From IMG/VR virus record IMGVR_UViG_3300036846_000743, positions 62,001 to 126,000 of that record: a stretch of DNA of 64,000 bases, one strand, 5' to 3'. Numbering within the stretch: position 1 is the first letter of the stretch; each line of letters starts with the position of its first letter. Position numbers and translations under genes: made by a program. This document shows, one piece after another, positions 36,245 through 44,807 of the stretch. Under the pieces are notes generated by a model that saw nothing but the letters and a program-made list of their open reading frames with translations, ran no database searches and was not told the origin of the DNA.

Positions 36245-37048
36245 TCAAGACCCAGGCATCGCTGCACCGATCTCCCAGGAGTCCGCAGGAACGTAAACCG
36301 GGGCGTGGAACCAGGGATGGCTCTCCTGGAACGCGCCACCCATGACCAGCGACTCGTCGTTGATGGCGTAAACGATGTGCTGCACGTTGGAGTCTTGCCC
36401 ATTGGAAGACTGGGCTGTGAGCTGCCAGCCCAGCATGTTGACGACCGGCGGCGTGCCTACCGCCAGCCCGCCAGGGGCCTCGAACTTGCGGCGGCGGAAG
36501 ATCATCCGCTGGCCACGATCGAAGTACTGCTCGAACCAGGGCAGGCCGCCGTTGCCATAGAAGACCATCGACAGAAGCCGGCTGCGATCGAGCTGCTCGC
36601 TCGAGATCTCGGCGCGCGTGATCGGCTCGGTCTGGGGATCGGTCTTGCCGTCCTCGTAGTGGGCGATCCAGGTCAGGTCCGGAATGCGATCATCGACGCC
36701 CCGGACCACGGCGAACCAGGGAAGGCTTTCGTCGTAACGACCAGCCATGATGATCCGACCGTCTTCCGAGACATAGGCGATGTGCTGAACGCTGAAATTA
36801 CGCCCATCACGGATAAGCGTCTCCTGCCAGCCCAGCATGTGACAGGGAAAGCCGGTCAAAGGGGTATGCGGCAAGACGTGATAGATTGCCCGCTGCTGGG
36901 GCTCGAAGAGCTGTTCAAGAAATGGCCGACCCGAATGATCGGTGAGCTGGATGCTCTTGAGCGCGCTGGTATCGAGATTGAGCTGATCGCCACGGCGCTC
37001 TTGCGCAAAACCGCCATCTCGGTAGAAGGCGGTCCAGGTAAAAGGCAT
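36245..37048 (-). CDS. Hypothetical protein with a tandemly duplicated domain of about 130 aa (267 aa)
   Basis: FTWTAFYRDG...FLEQLFEPQQRAIY...MLGWQ...VQHIAY repeats as LTWIAHYEDG...WFEQYFDRGQRMIF...MLGWQ...VQHIVY. Confidence 0.8.
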   Translation of the reverse strand: MPFTWTAFYRDGGFAQERRGDQLNLDTSALKSIQLTDHSGRPFLEQLFEPQQRAIYHVLPHTPLTGFPCHMLGWQETLIRDGRNFSVQHIAYVSEDGRIIMAGRYDESLPWFAVVRGVDDRIPDLTWIAHYEDGKTDPQTEPITRAEISSEQLDRSRLLSMVFYGNGGLPWFEQYFDRGQRMIFRRRKFEAPGGLAVGTPPVVNMLGWQLTAQSSNGQDSNVQHIVYAINDESLVMGGAFQESHPWFHAPVYVPADSWEIGAAMPGS

Positions 37049-37134
37049 TGTATTGCCCTCCTGACCGGTTGCGGGCCGTAGGTGGTCGCCGGTAATTGTA
37101 TTCAGCGGCGGCCGGCCCTGTAGTTTTTGGTGGG

Positions 37135-37818
37135 TTACTTGTCCTCGTCCTCGTCCTCGTCTTCCAGGTCTTCAGCCTTGATCGTACCGACGTCGTCCTT
37201 GCCGATCGTCATCGTCTCCCGCCCGGAGGTATCCATGAGCGGGGTCTGCACCTGTGAGTGCTGCGGCCCGACGGTCATCTCGTTGTATTCTTCGAACTTC
37301 GACTCTGCTTCCTGCTTCTCCGTGGTCTGGCGGGCCTTATGGGCCTGCATGGCCTTCTCGTCCAGCACCTGGTCGGGCCGTACGTAGAGACAGTGGCCGA
37401 GCTTGCCCCGGCCGTCGCAGGTGTGACTGACGCCCCAGGGCTGGCCGTGCTCGTCTACGCCACCGATCGGCTCGGCGAACTCGACGCCGATCGTCTTGCC
37501 GACCTCGTTGGACAGCCGAATGACCTTGGCCTTGCGAGGCGCCGCCGGCGAATCTTCACTGCCAACGATCCAGTAGCTCTCGCCCTTCTTGAGCTTCCGC
37601 TCGACCTCAACGGGTGGGGCCTGCTCTTCCGGAGCCAGCGGCCGGACCGGCCGGGCGGCACCGCGCTTGGCGGCGGCATTGGGATCGCCTGCATGGATAC
37701 CTGCGGGGAGATCCTTGTGCTCACTGGGGACCGGACGCTCCTGGGGACGGCCGGCAGGCTGGGGTGCCGGCTGCCGGGACTGGGGCTGCCGAGATTGTGG
37801 GTATCGTGGATCGGGCAT
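37135..37818 (-). CDS. Hypothetical protein with a CAP-Gly/SH3-like central domain (227 aa)
   Basis: KVIRLS...IGVEFAEPIGG...HTCDGRGKLGHCLYVRPDQV; Pro/Gln-rich N-terminus, acidic C-terminus. Confidence 0.6.
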   Translation of the reverse strand: MPDPRYPQSRQPQSRQPAPQPAGRPQERPVPSEHKDLPAGIHAGDPNAAAKRGAARPVRPLAPEEQAPPVEVERKLKKGESYWIVGSEDSPAAPRKAKVIRLSNEVGKTIGVEFAEPIGGVDEHGQPWGVSHTCDGRGKLGHCLYVRPDQVLDEKAMQAHKARQTTEKQEAESKFEEYNEMTVGPQHSQVQTPLMDTSGRETMTIGKDDVGTIKAEDLEDEDEDEDK

Positions 37819-37819
37819 G

Positions 37820-38353
37820 TCAGGCTCCTTCCATGAACGAGGCTAACCAAGAACGGATGTCGAAGTCTGGGTTCTTGGTCTTCATGATCTTGATCATTGC
37901 ATCAACCACCATGTGGCAGTGGCGACAAGCAGCCCCCAGGTTGTCCTCGTCATGGCTACCTTCATATTCGCGAGGAACTAAGTGGTGAGTCTGGAGGTTC
38001 TTGGTACGGCCACAGAAGATACAGGCTTTATCCCGATCGATGATCTTGGTACTCAACTTTTCCCAGTTCTTGCTACGACCTCGTCTAAGTCTGAAGGCAT
38101 TATCGATCGGGGCTCGGTGTTTCTCGCCAAGACAAGTCAAGGAGCAGTAGATCACGGACGGCTTTCGACCGCTACGTCCTCCGGCCTCGAACTTGGTTCG
38201 GCATTGTGGACAGGTCTTCGTAACTCTCCGTTTGCGTGCCTCACAAGTTGCGCCTCGCCGTGAGTCGTGATAACACTTGCCCGAGCAGTGGACCATATCG
38301 GTTCTGGGTATGACCTTGCCGCAGGTACAGTAGCGAGTCGCGTGCTTGTTCAT
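37820..38353 (-). CDS. Free-standing HNH endonuclease with N-terminal Cys (Zn) repeats
   Basis: IIDRDKACIFCG...LQTHHLVP...HDEDNLGAACRHCHMVVD; CxC/CxxC repeats upstream. Confidence 0.88.
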   Translation of the reverse strand: MNKHATRYCTCGKVIPRTDMVHCSGKCYHDSRRGATCEARKRRVTKTCPQCRTKFEAGGRSGRKPSVIYCSLTCLGEKHRAPIDNAFRLRRGRSKNWEKLSTKIIDRDKACIFCGRTKNLQTHHLVPREYEGSHDEDNLGAACRHCHMVVDAMIKIMKTKNPDFDIRSWLASFMEGA

Positions 38354-38405
38354 CCCGCCAGGATACACAGATAAAGGCGGTCCTGACCACCTTCACCTGT
38401 CATAT

Positions 38406-38948
38406 CTACGTTTCATCATATTTCCATGTGAAGGTCTCTTGTGCGGTTGCTCCTGGCGTTGCTGTACTTGCGACCACTATTTGGTACACGAACCAGGACC
38501 CGAAGTCGCCGGTGGTCGGGTTCGCGATCGAGCCAGCCAGGCTCTTGGGTGACGCCGCCGTGAAGGTGAAGGGATCCACGGGCGTCGTGATCGTAGAATA
38601 GGCACCGGTGGTGAGCTGGATGCCGGTCTGACCAACCGTGCCGGTAGCCTGGACGTAGGTCGTGGCCTCGTTACCTATGGCCGTGATCCCGGTGCCGAAG
38701 TTATTGGCACCATCCGCGTACCAGCGCAGATTGTTGATGGTCCCGGCTGGCGATGTCCCGGCCGTCAGCCGGGTGCAGACCCAGAAGCTGTAATTACTGC
38801 CGGAGGCCGGGATCTGGACCGGGCTCGACGTGTCGGCCGTCGTATGCGAGTCCAGAGCGTTGGCCCGGGTATTGATCCCGGTGATGGTGCTCTTGACAGG
38901 CGCACCAGTGGCTCCGGTCCAACGCAAGATGTCAACGGTTGCTGCCAT
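38406..38948 (-). CDS. Putative virion structural protein (180 aa, Thr-rich beta)
   Basis: Strong RBS; Thr/Gly-rich beta composition; lies between the head and fibre genes. Confidence 0.55.
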   Translation of the reverse strand: MAATVDILRWTGATGAPVKSTITGINTRANALDSHTTADTSSPVQIPASGSNYSFWVCTRLTAGTSPAGTINNLRWYADGANNFGTGITAIGNEATTYVQATGTVGQTGIQLTTGAYSTITTPVDPFTFTAASPKSLAGSIANPTTGDFGSWFVYQIVVASTATPGATAQETFTWKYDET

Positions 38949-39003
38949 GGGGAACTCCCTTTCCTCGAATGACCTCCGTGCGGGCCACGGGTATTAGGCG
39001 CCG

Positions 39004-39032
39004 ATTCTACGGCCTGACTAGATCAACTGCAA
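39004..39032 (-). promoter_or_regulatory. Candidate sigma70-type promoter TTGCAG-N17-TAGAAT
   Basis: -35 at 39027-39032, -10 at 39004-39009, 17-nt spacer, upstream of 38406..38948. Confidence 0.45.
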
Positions 39033-40289
39033 GCCTGGGTGGCGTTGACCTTTCAAGGCTACGAGATCAGCGTACACGTATTTTAACTCTTGCAGCTTGT
39101 GCCAGTCACTCGGATAGCACTCCCAAACCCGCACGGCCTGAAAGCGACAGATGATCTCCGGGCAATACGCTGCGTAACGCCGATCACAATAATACCGAAA
39201 GCTCAAGTCATTCCAAAAGGAGGCATGGGTCGGATCGCAAAAAGCCCCCTTGCCGCCCGTCGAGGGCGTGCGGCTGATGATCCAGCCGCCCGGCACCAGG
39301 CAGCGCCACAGATCGTTCATGACCGGGATGACGTGCTCCCGGGGGATATGCTCCAGGAAGTCAGCCGCCCGGAAGATGCCGACCGAATTATCCTCGAACG
39401 GTAGCCCCTTGGTCACGTCACAGATGATATCGGCATCTCGCAGGTCGATCGACTTGTAGCCTTCGGGACAGTCAATCCGGCCGCCCAGATCGAACCTGGG
39501 AAGCCCGTTGCGGCGGGACCATTCATGCGCCAGCTTCCAGGTATACCGGTTCTGGTTCCTGTGATGGACTTTTTCCAGAGTCCCGTCTTCGCGGAAGGTA
39601 CGGAAGCTATTCTGCGCCTCCTCCGCCACGTTGATGCGCTCCCGGTACATATAGAGTGGCCGCGGGACGTGATGGAAGGGCACTTCAGCCAGGTACATGC
39701 GGCAGATCATGTCGTGATCGTCGCAGATGGGCAGTTCCGGGTCATGACCGTCGACGAGGGCGTAAGCGGTCTTGGTCCAGGCCCGGACGTGATTGGGAGC
39801 ATAGTAGATCTGGCGGAGACTTGAAGCTGTCGGCTCGAAGGCGCTCGTCGCCATGTAGGACCGGCCGGCATACTGGAACGGGTAGCTCCGCCATCCCTGG
39901 TCCTCGCCGAAGGTATGACTGCTGTGGTCGACCCAGAATTGGATGAAGTCCGAGTAGACGAACGCTGGCTGTTCCGGATCATACACTGCTGCCGCCACTT
40001 CGGTGAGGCAATCGGGTGTCAGCATGTCATCGTGATCCAGCTCGACGATCACTGGTCCAGCAGCCTGATTGCAAAGCTGCCGCTTCAGGGCCCCGACATT
40101 ACCGACCATGGTCCAGTCTTCAGGCAACACCTTGACGCGAGCATCCGTCATGATGCGCGCAGGGACCCTGGCACCACCATTGGGCAAGAGCAACCAGTCC
40201 CAATCCGTATGTGTCTGTGCCTGTAGGCTGGTCCATGCATCGTCCAGCCAACTTATATCGTGGGTCGGCGTCACAACGGTCAAATGCAT
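39018..40289 (-). CDS. GT2 glycosyltransferase fused to a class I SAM methyltransferase (start re-placed to MHLTVVTPTH)
   Basis: GT-A: TVVTPTH, LQAQTHTDWDWLLL, VELDHDD, DDHDMICR, LYMYR. MTase: RFDLGG, DIICDVTKGLPFEDNSV, DFLEHI, MNDLWRCLVPGGW, DPTHASFW. Confidence 0.9.
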   Translation of the reverse strand: MHLTVVTPTHDISWLDDAWTSLQAQTHTDWDWLLLPNGGARVPARIMTDARVKVLPEDWTMVGNVGALKRQLCNQAAGPVIVELDHDDMLTPDCLTEVAAAVYDPEQPAFVYSDFIQFWVDHSSHTFGEDQGWRSYPFQYAGRSYMATSAFEPTASSLRQIYYAPNHVRAWTKTAYALVDGHDPELPICDDHDMICRMYLAEVPFHHVPRPLYMYRERINVAEEAQNSFRTFREDGTLEKVHHRNQNRYTWKLAHEWSRRNGLPRFDLGGRIDCPEGYKSIDLRDADIICDVTKGLPFEDNSVGIFRAADFLEHIPREHVIPVMNDLWRCLVPGGWIISRTPSTGGKGAFCDPTHASFWNDLSFRYYCDRRYAAYCPEIICRFQAVRVWECYPSDWHKLQELKYVYADLVALKGQRHPGLQLI

Positions 40290-40326
40290 CCTGCGGGCTC
40301 CGCGGCCAACCCTTATCCGAGCAACA

Positions 40327-40689
40327 TCACGTTGGCATCTTCGGAGGATCGATTGGCTCGGGCCAGGTCGGATCGACGCCGCCGAGTACGGCGCCGGGAT
40401 AGCCAATGGCCTGGGGATCGAGCACCACGCCCAGTGCCTTGGTGTTGTCGTAGACGAACACCGAAGGTGTCGCGATGATGGTCAGAAGGCCAGCGGATAC
40501 GGCCGCCTCCATCGCCTTGAACTGGCGATTGCTGGACTTGGCGGCCAGCCGATCGACAAGGTTGCCGGCGACCGTCAGCTGCTCCTGGGGAGCCATGGTC
40601 TTACCATGAGGCGGGATGAAGCTGAAAATGATCTCCCGCCCGCTGGTGTTCTGGATCGTGGTGTAGAGATAATTAAGTGCGGCTGGCAC
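40327..40689 (-). CDS. Hypothetical protein, possibly head-associated (120 aa)
   Basis: GTG start with AAGGAG upstream; downstream of the capsid genes. Confidence 0.6.
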   Translation of the reverse strand: MPAALNYLYTTIQNTSGREIIFSFIPPHGKTMAPQEQLTVAGNLVDRLAAKSSNRQFKAMEAAVSAGLLTIIATPSVFVYDNTKALGVVLDPQAIGYPGAVLGGVDPTWPEPIDPPKMPT

Positions 40690-40712
40690 GGCGATGTCTC
40701 CTTGTCCTGGGC

Positions 40713-41141
40713 TCAGCCTGCTTGCTGCTGAGTCAGATATAGTTGATACGCCAGGGCCGCAGCCCGAACGCGGGGATCCTTGGTCAGCTCAGCCGCCGCA
40801 GTCTTGACCAGCTGATCATTAGCCTGAGTCTGTGCGGTCCGGCCGCTGGCCTGCTTGCCCATGAGCAGCCGAAGACTGCCGTGGGCCTGGTCAATGAAGC
40901 CGCCCTGTGCATTGGCCTGCTTCTCCTGGCTCTGCCGCTCGGCCGCGAACAGATCAGCGCCCATCTCCAGAAGTTGCGTGGCCTCAGCCTCATTACGAGG
41001 GACGATACTGTAGTCCTGGGCGAGCTTGGTGAAGAAGACCGGAGCGTGGATCTGGCCGTACAGGAAGTCGTACGCCGTATCCGCCGGCAGGACCTGGACC
41101 TCGTTGCCAGCCGCCCGCTGGCTTTGGTTGTTACCGGCCAC
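40713..41141 (-). CDS. Hypothetical protein (GTG start re-placed to 41141)
   Basis: AGGAGGAGG 7 nt upstream; contains EKQA and VKTAA motifs. Confidence 0.65.
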   Translation of the reverse strand: MAGNNQSQRAAGNEVQVLPADTAYDFLYGQIHAPVFFTKLAQDYSIVPRNEAEATQLLEMGADLFAAERQSQEKQANAQGGFIDQAHGSLRLLMGKQASGRTAQTQANDQLVKTAAAELTKDPRVRAAALAYQLYLTQQQAG

Positions 41142-41202
41142 CGTTTGCCTCCTCCTGGACCACTTGTTTATATGTGTAGGTAGAAACTCAAGACACGAGT
41201 GA

Positions 41203-42144
41203 TCAGGCGAAGTCAGCGCGGGCGAGGCCGCCGGTGTGGCCGATCGTGCCACCCATGGTCTCGTAGGCGAAGAACTCGAGAAGATATGCTTCTCTCTTTA
41301 TATACATCGTCGTGTCTTCCAAAACATACATTTTCCCAATAAACTTCGGATCAGCATACATGAATATGGTATCCGTAGGCACCAGATCATGTTTGATGCT
41401 GATGATCCAACGCTTATCGAGAAAGTCGGTCTCGCTCCAGCCATTTCGCAGCACGTCCTGGCTGAAGTCACCGCCCATCTCATCACGGCCCCACTTCATG
41501 ACCTCCTTGATGGAGATGTTGTTGATCAAGACGGTCGCGGCTTCGAGCCGCGCATCAGTGCTCGGCATGATCTTGAGCGAATCCAGCACCGAGTCGCGCG
41601 TGATGCCGCCATGGATCGTGACCCATTGGGGAATGCCCGACCAGGGCACGTTCAAGTCAGCGCCCATGAGCGCTAAGTTGGTTGCCCCTATGAGTTTGCT
41701 ATCCTCTTCCGCCAGCATGTCCTTGATAGCATTGTCAGAAAGGACCTGCCGGATGTCCATGATCCAGGTGCGGAGTTCGTCGACGTCCTTGGTGAACCGT
41801 GGTGTCACGATGCGATCGAACGCAACGCGATATCGCGGGCCGCGGATGTAGACGTTGGTGGGCAGGGTAGCGAAGGGAATGGAAATGGCAGCCGGCGAAT
41901 CCGGCTCTTTGTCCACAATCTTCACTGGTTTGTCGGTATCAACCTGCCGGTCCAGCTCATCATTGGCGATCTGGAGCGGCGGCATGATGCGTCGTGCGAA
42001 TCCATCTTCACGCATCTTGATGCGAGTGAAGTCGTTGACCGCGTCGATCGCGGTCTTGATCATCCCCGGGTTCGTCAGGTTAGCGAAGAGCGTCTCATTC
42101 ATGAGCTGCACTTCGGACCTGGTCATGATGGCGCCAGCTGCCAC
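41203..42144 (-). CDS. Major capsid protein, HK97/encapsulin-like fold (about 313 aa)
   Basis: REDGFARRIMPP...RYRVAFDRIVTPRFTKDVDELR...DIRQV...DMLAEEDSKLI...LEFFAYETMGGTIGH; GTG 42144 with GGAGGAG; follows protease, scaffold and decoration genes. Confidence 0.82.
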   Translation of the reverse strand: MAAGAIMTRSEVQLMNETLFANLTNPGMIKTAIDAVNDFTRIKMREDGFARRIMPPLQIANDELDRQVDTDKPVKIVDKEPDSPAAISIPFATLPTNVYIRGPRYRVAFDRIVTPRFTKDVDELRTWIMDIRQVLSDNAIKDMLAEEDSKLIGATNLALMGADLNVPWSGIPQWVTIHGGITRDSVLDSLKIMPSTDARLEAATVLINNISIKEVMKWGRDEMGGDFSQDVLRNGWSETDFLDKRWIISIKHDLVPTDTIFMYADPKFIGKMYVLEDTTMYIKREAYLLEFFAYETMGGTIGHTGGLARADFA

Positions 42145-42196
42145 TTTAGTCTCCTCCGTGAATGGGTATCCTGACGAACAAACGACGACGATTGAC

Positions 42197-42814
42197 TCAA
42201 GTGCACTTGGGGACGTAAACCGGCCAGAACGACAAGACCGGCACCCGATGGTGATTGATGTGATCAGCACGACTGACAACGGCACAGATCCCATTGGTCA
42301 AGTTGGTGACCGCAGTGCCCGGAGCCGGAAATGCCGTCCAGAACGCGGTAGCACCCAGCTTGCCAGCGAAGGATCGATCGACGCCGGTACCGACCGGGAA
42401 CATGGCCTCGGTGGGTGCGGTCAGCTGCTGACCAGGGGTGTAGTGGACGGTGGGATTCTGCGTGGGATCGCCCTGGAAGAATTCCGTCGTCTCCAGCTCG
42501 AAGCCGCCGGCGGCGACCAGGCCGGACATCTTGCCCGTGGGCGCGATGGCGGTCCAGTTATTCCCGCCAGGGTTCTGAACATCCAGCTCATGGGACCCCT
42601 GGAGCAGGAAGATCCCCATGTTGCTGGGGCCGAGACCCAGCTCGAACTCACCAGCTGCGTTGACATGGACGACGCTCCCGCCATAGACGGGATCAACCGT
42701 CACGTTGGCCGACAGAAACGCGTCGAAGTCAAGGGCAGCCTCATCGGGCCACCCTTTGAGTTCATCGAGGCAATGCTCGAACATCAGAATTGGACCGGTG
42801 TAAGCGGTAACCAT
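42197..42814 (-). CDS. Capsid decoration/cement-like protein (205 aa)
   Basis: Immediately upstream of the MCP; beta-rich, with GGFELETTEF and YTPGQQLTA. Confidence 0.55.
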   Translation of the reverse strand: MVTAYTGPILMFEHCLDELKGWPDEAALDFDAFLSANVTVDPVYGGSVVHVNAAGEFELGLGPSNMGIFLLQGSHELDVQNPGGNNWTAIAPTGKMSGLVAAGGFELETTEFFQGDPTQNPTVHYTPGQQLTAPTEAMFPVGTGVDRSFAGKLGATAFWTAFPAPGTAVTNLTNGICAVVSRADHINHHRVPVLSFWPVYVPKCT

Positions 42815-42868
42815 AGTTTTCCTCGTTGCCTCCTTGAATGTGCCTCGATGCCGTGGTATCCGTTCCCC

Positions 42869-43282
42869 TTAGTTACCCATGAGTCGCTCGCGAAAGACAC
42901 GAAAACTCTCGGGTTCTTCCCCTTCGCCATGACGACGCCCAGCATAGGGGCCTGCCCCGGCGTTGGCTCGCTTCTCGGTCCCGTTCGTAGCCGGATGGCC
43001 GAGCGTGATCGAGTTGTCTTCTTGCTTGGCCCGCGCTGTCTTGATCAGGATCTGGAGCGTACGCACCGGATCCTTGAGCGCGGTGATCGCGGCCTGCTTC
43101 TCCTCCGGGTCGATGAGTTTGGCTTTGAGCAACTCATCGACGGCCGCGGGGATCAGGTCAGCGGCCTGCTTCTCCATCGTTTCTTGCCGCGAGAGGATCG
43201 AGGCCGCCTTCTCCGCCATTGCAGCGGACATGTCGACGAACTCGAGCACCTTCTCAGGAATGGTCTTGGGTTTTGAGGCCAT
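42869..43282 (-). CDS. Putative scaffolding protein (137 aa)
   Basis: Helical and charged; lies between the protease region and the capsid genes. Confidence 0.5.
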   Translation of the reverse strand: MASKPKTIPEKVLEFVDMSAAMAEKAASILSRQETMEKQAADLIPAAVDELLKAKLIDPEEKQAAITALKDPVRTLQILIKTARAKQEDNSITLGHPATNGTEKRANAGAGPYAGRRHGEGEEPESFRVFRERLMGN

Positions 43283-43323
43283 CGATGATCTTCCTCCGTG
43301 ACTAGACGGGCTCCCTTACATGG

Positions 43324-44676
43324 TCAGCTGCCGATGACCTCGGCGAGATATTGCCGCATCTCGGCCCGGATCTGCTGGTCCTGCGGGCTGCTGGCTACCT
43401 TGTAGCCGAGCTTTCCGGAACGTCGTTTGGTCTTGACCGCCTCGGCAATCTTCAACAGGGTCTCTCGCTGATCGGCAGCGACCTTGGGGGCAGCCGATTG
43501 CAGCTCTTCGGGCGAAACGCCCATTTCATGCATGGCGCCGCTCAAGTTCTCAGTTGGATCACTGCCGCCGCCACCGGGTGGGCCGCCGGGTGGGCCGCCA
43601 GGAGGACCGCCAGGAGGACCGCCAGGAGGACCGCCAGGAGGACCGCCAGGGCCACCGCCGCCACCGAGAAGTCCGCCTTGTTCCACGGCAGCTACCAGCT
43701 GCTGCAAGACTTCCGGCGGTAGCTGTGCCAGGACTTCCATGGGATCTTGCCCACCGGCGCCAGGCGGGCCTGCTGGCATGCCACCGCCGCCCATGTCCCC
43801 AGCTGGGCCGCCACCAGCCGTAGCATCACCACCGCCAGGTGGCATTGCTTCAGCTTCCGTGGCAGCCGGATCGGCGGCTTGCTTGACGGTACGTGCGAAG
43901 CCGTCAAGGTACTCGGCAACCCTGTCGGCCTGAAACTGTGCTTCCTTGATGATGGTCTCGACCATCGCCGAGACCTGAGCGTCAGCGGCACCGTCGTCCA
44001 GCCCCAGCGCGGCGGCCAGTTTGTAGCCGGCGGCTGCGGCCTGCTTGGTCTCCTCGCTGACTTCACTGTCATCGGCCTCCTTCGCCTTTGTCGCGGGCGG
44101 AGTCACCGATTGTGCGTGGCGAACTGGCTTGGTCTCGCCACGACTGTGAACCATAGCGCTGCCGGGGGTGGCTCGCTTCTCGCTGAGCTTGCCTTGCCCC
44201 AGGTCGGCCATCAGCTCGTTGCCGAGCTGGCCAATCGCGACGGCGAGCTTCTTGAAGTGCCACTCGCCGTACTTCTCACCGTCGTCGGCTTTCATGACCG
44301 ACGTCGTACCCGGGTCTTCCTTGGTGCCTTTGAAGTCGTCTTCGGCGGACGGATCCTCGCCGGTCGGGGCGTGCTTGACCCCGATCTGCATCTCGTACTG
44401 CATCTGGTCGCTGGGCCCGCCCTCACCCTCGACCGATGGTGCGCCGATCTCTTCCTTGACGTCCTTGGTGTTCTCGGAATACCGAGCACCGGTCTGCTCG
44501 GCGATGAGACCATCATCGACGTTCTTGGAGGGATGGGTCGTTGCGCCACCGATCGAGCCGGGTTCGCTCAGTGGCTCGCCCGTCTTCACGGCAGCCTGTT
44601 TCTCGTCGTTGATCTCGTCGAAGAACGAGCGAAGGCTGGAAAAGACCGCGTTCTTCGGAGTTTTCAGAGTTGACAT
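43324..44676 (-). CDS. Scaffold-like/internal head protein with PPGG repeats (450 aa)
   Basis: Acidic, low-complexity; several K-x-A motifs; directly after the protease. Confidence 0.55.
   Translation of the reverse strand: MSTLKTPKNAVFSSLRSFFDEINDEKQAAVKTGEPLSEPGSIGGATTHPSKNVDDGLIAEQTGARYSENTKDVKEEIGAPSVEGEGGPSDQMQYEMQIGVKHAPTGEDPSAEDDFKGTKEDPGTTSVMKADDGEKYGEWHFKKLAVAIGQLGNELMADLGQGKLSEKRATPGSAMVHSRGETKPVRHAQSVTPPATKAKEADDSEVSEETKQAAAAGYKLAAALGLDDGAADAQVSAMVETIIKEAQFQADRVAEYLDGFARTVKQAADPAATEAEAMPPGGGDATAGGGPAGDMGGGGMPAGPPGAGGQDPMEVLAQLPPEVLQQLVAAVEQGGLLGGGGGPGGPPGGPPGGPPGGPPGGPPGGPPGGGGSDPTENLSGAMHEMGVSPEELQSAAPKVAADQRETLLKIAEAVKTKRRSGKLGYKVASSPQDQQIRAEMRQYLAEVIGS
43574..43655 (-). repeat. 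12-nt tandem repeat encoding (GGPP)n
   Basis: ccgccaggagga units seen directly. Confidence 0.9.
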
Positions 44677-44807
44677 GGAGGGTCACTCCCTTGACCAGTA
44701 GTGGCCGCCGTGCCGGACGTTAGCTGCTTAGCCTACACGATGACGCCATACGGTGCTAGATGTTGTCAAGATCTCTTGCCCAGTTCAGCCCGCATTCCCG
44801 TTCCCCG

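Noticed and set aside
44764-44769. TTGACA -35 hexamer upstream of 43324..44676
   Set aside because: No acceptable -10 at 16-18 nt spacing.
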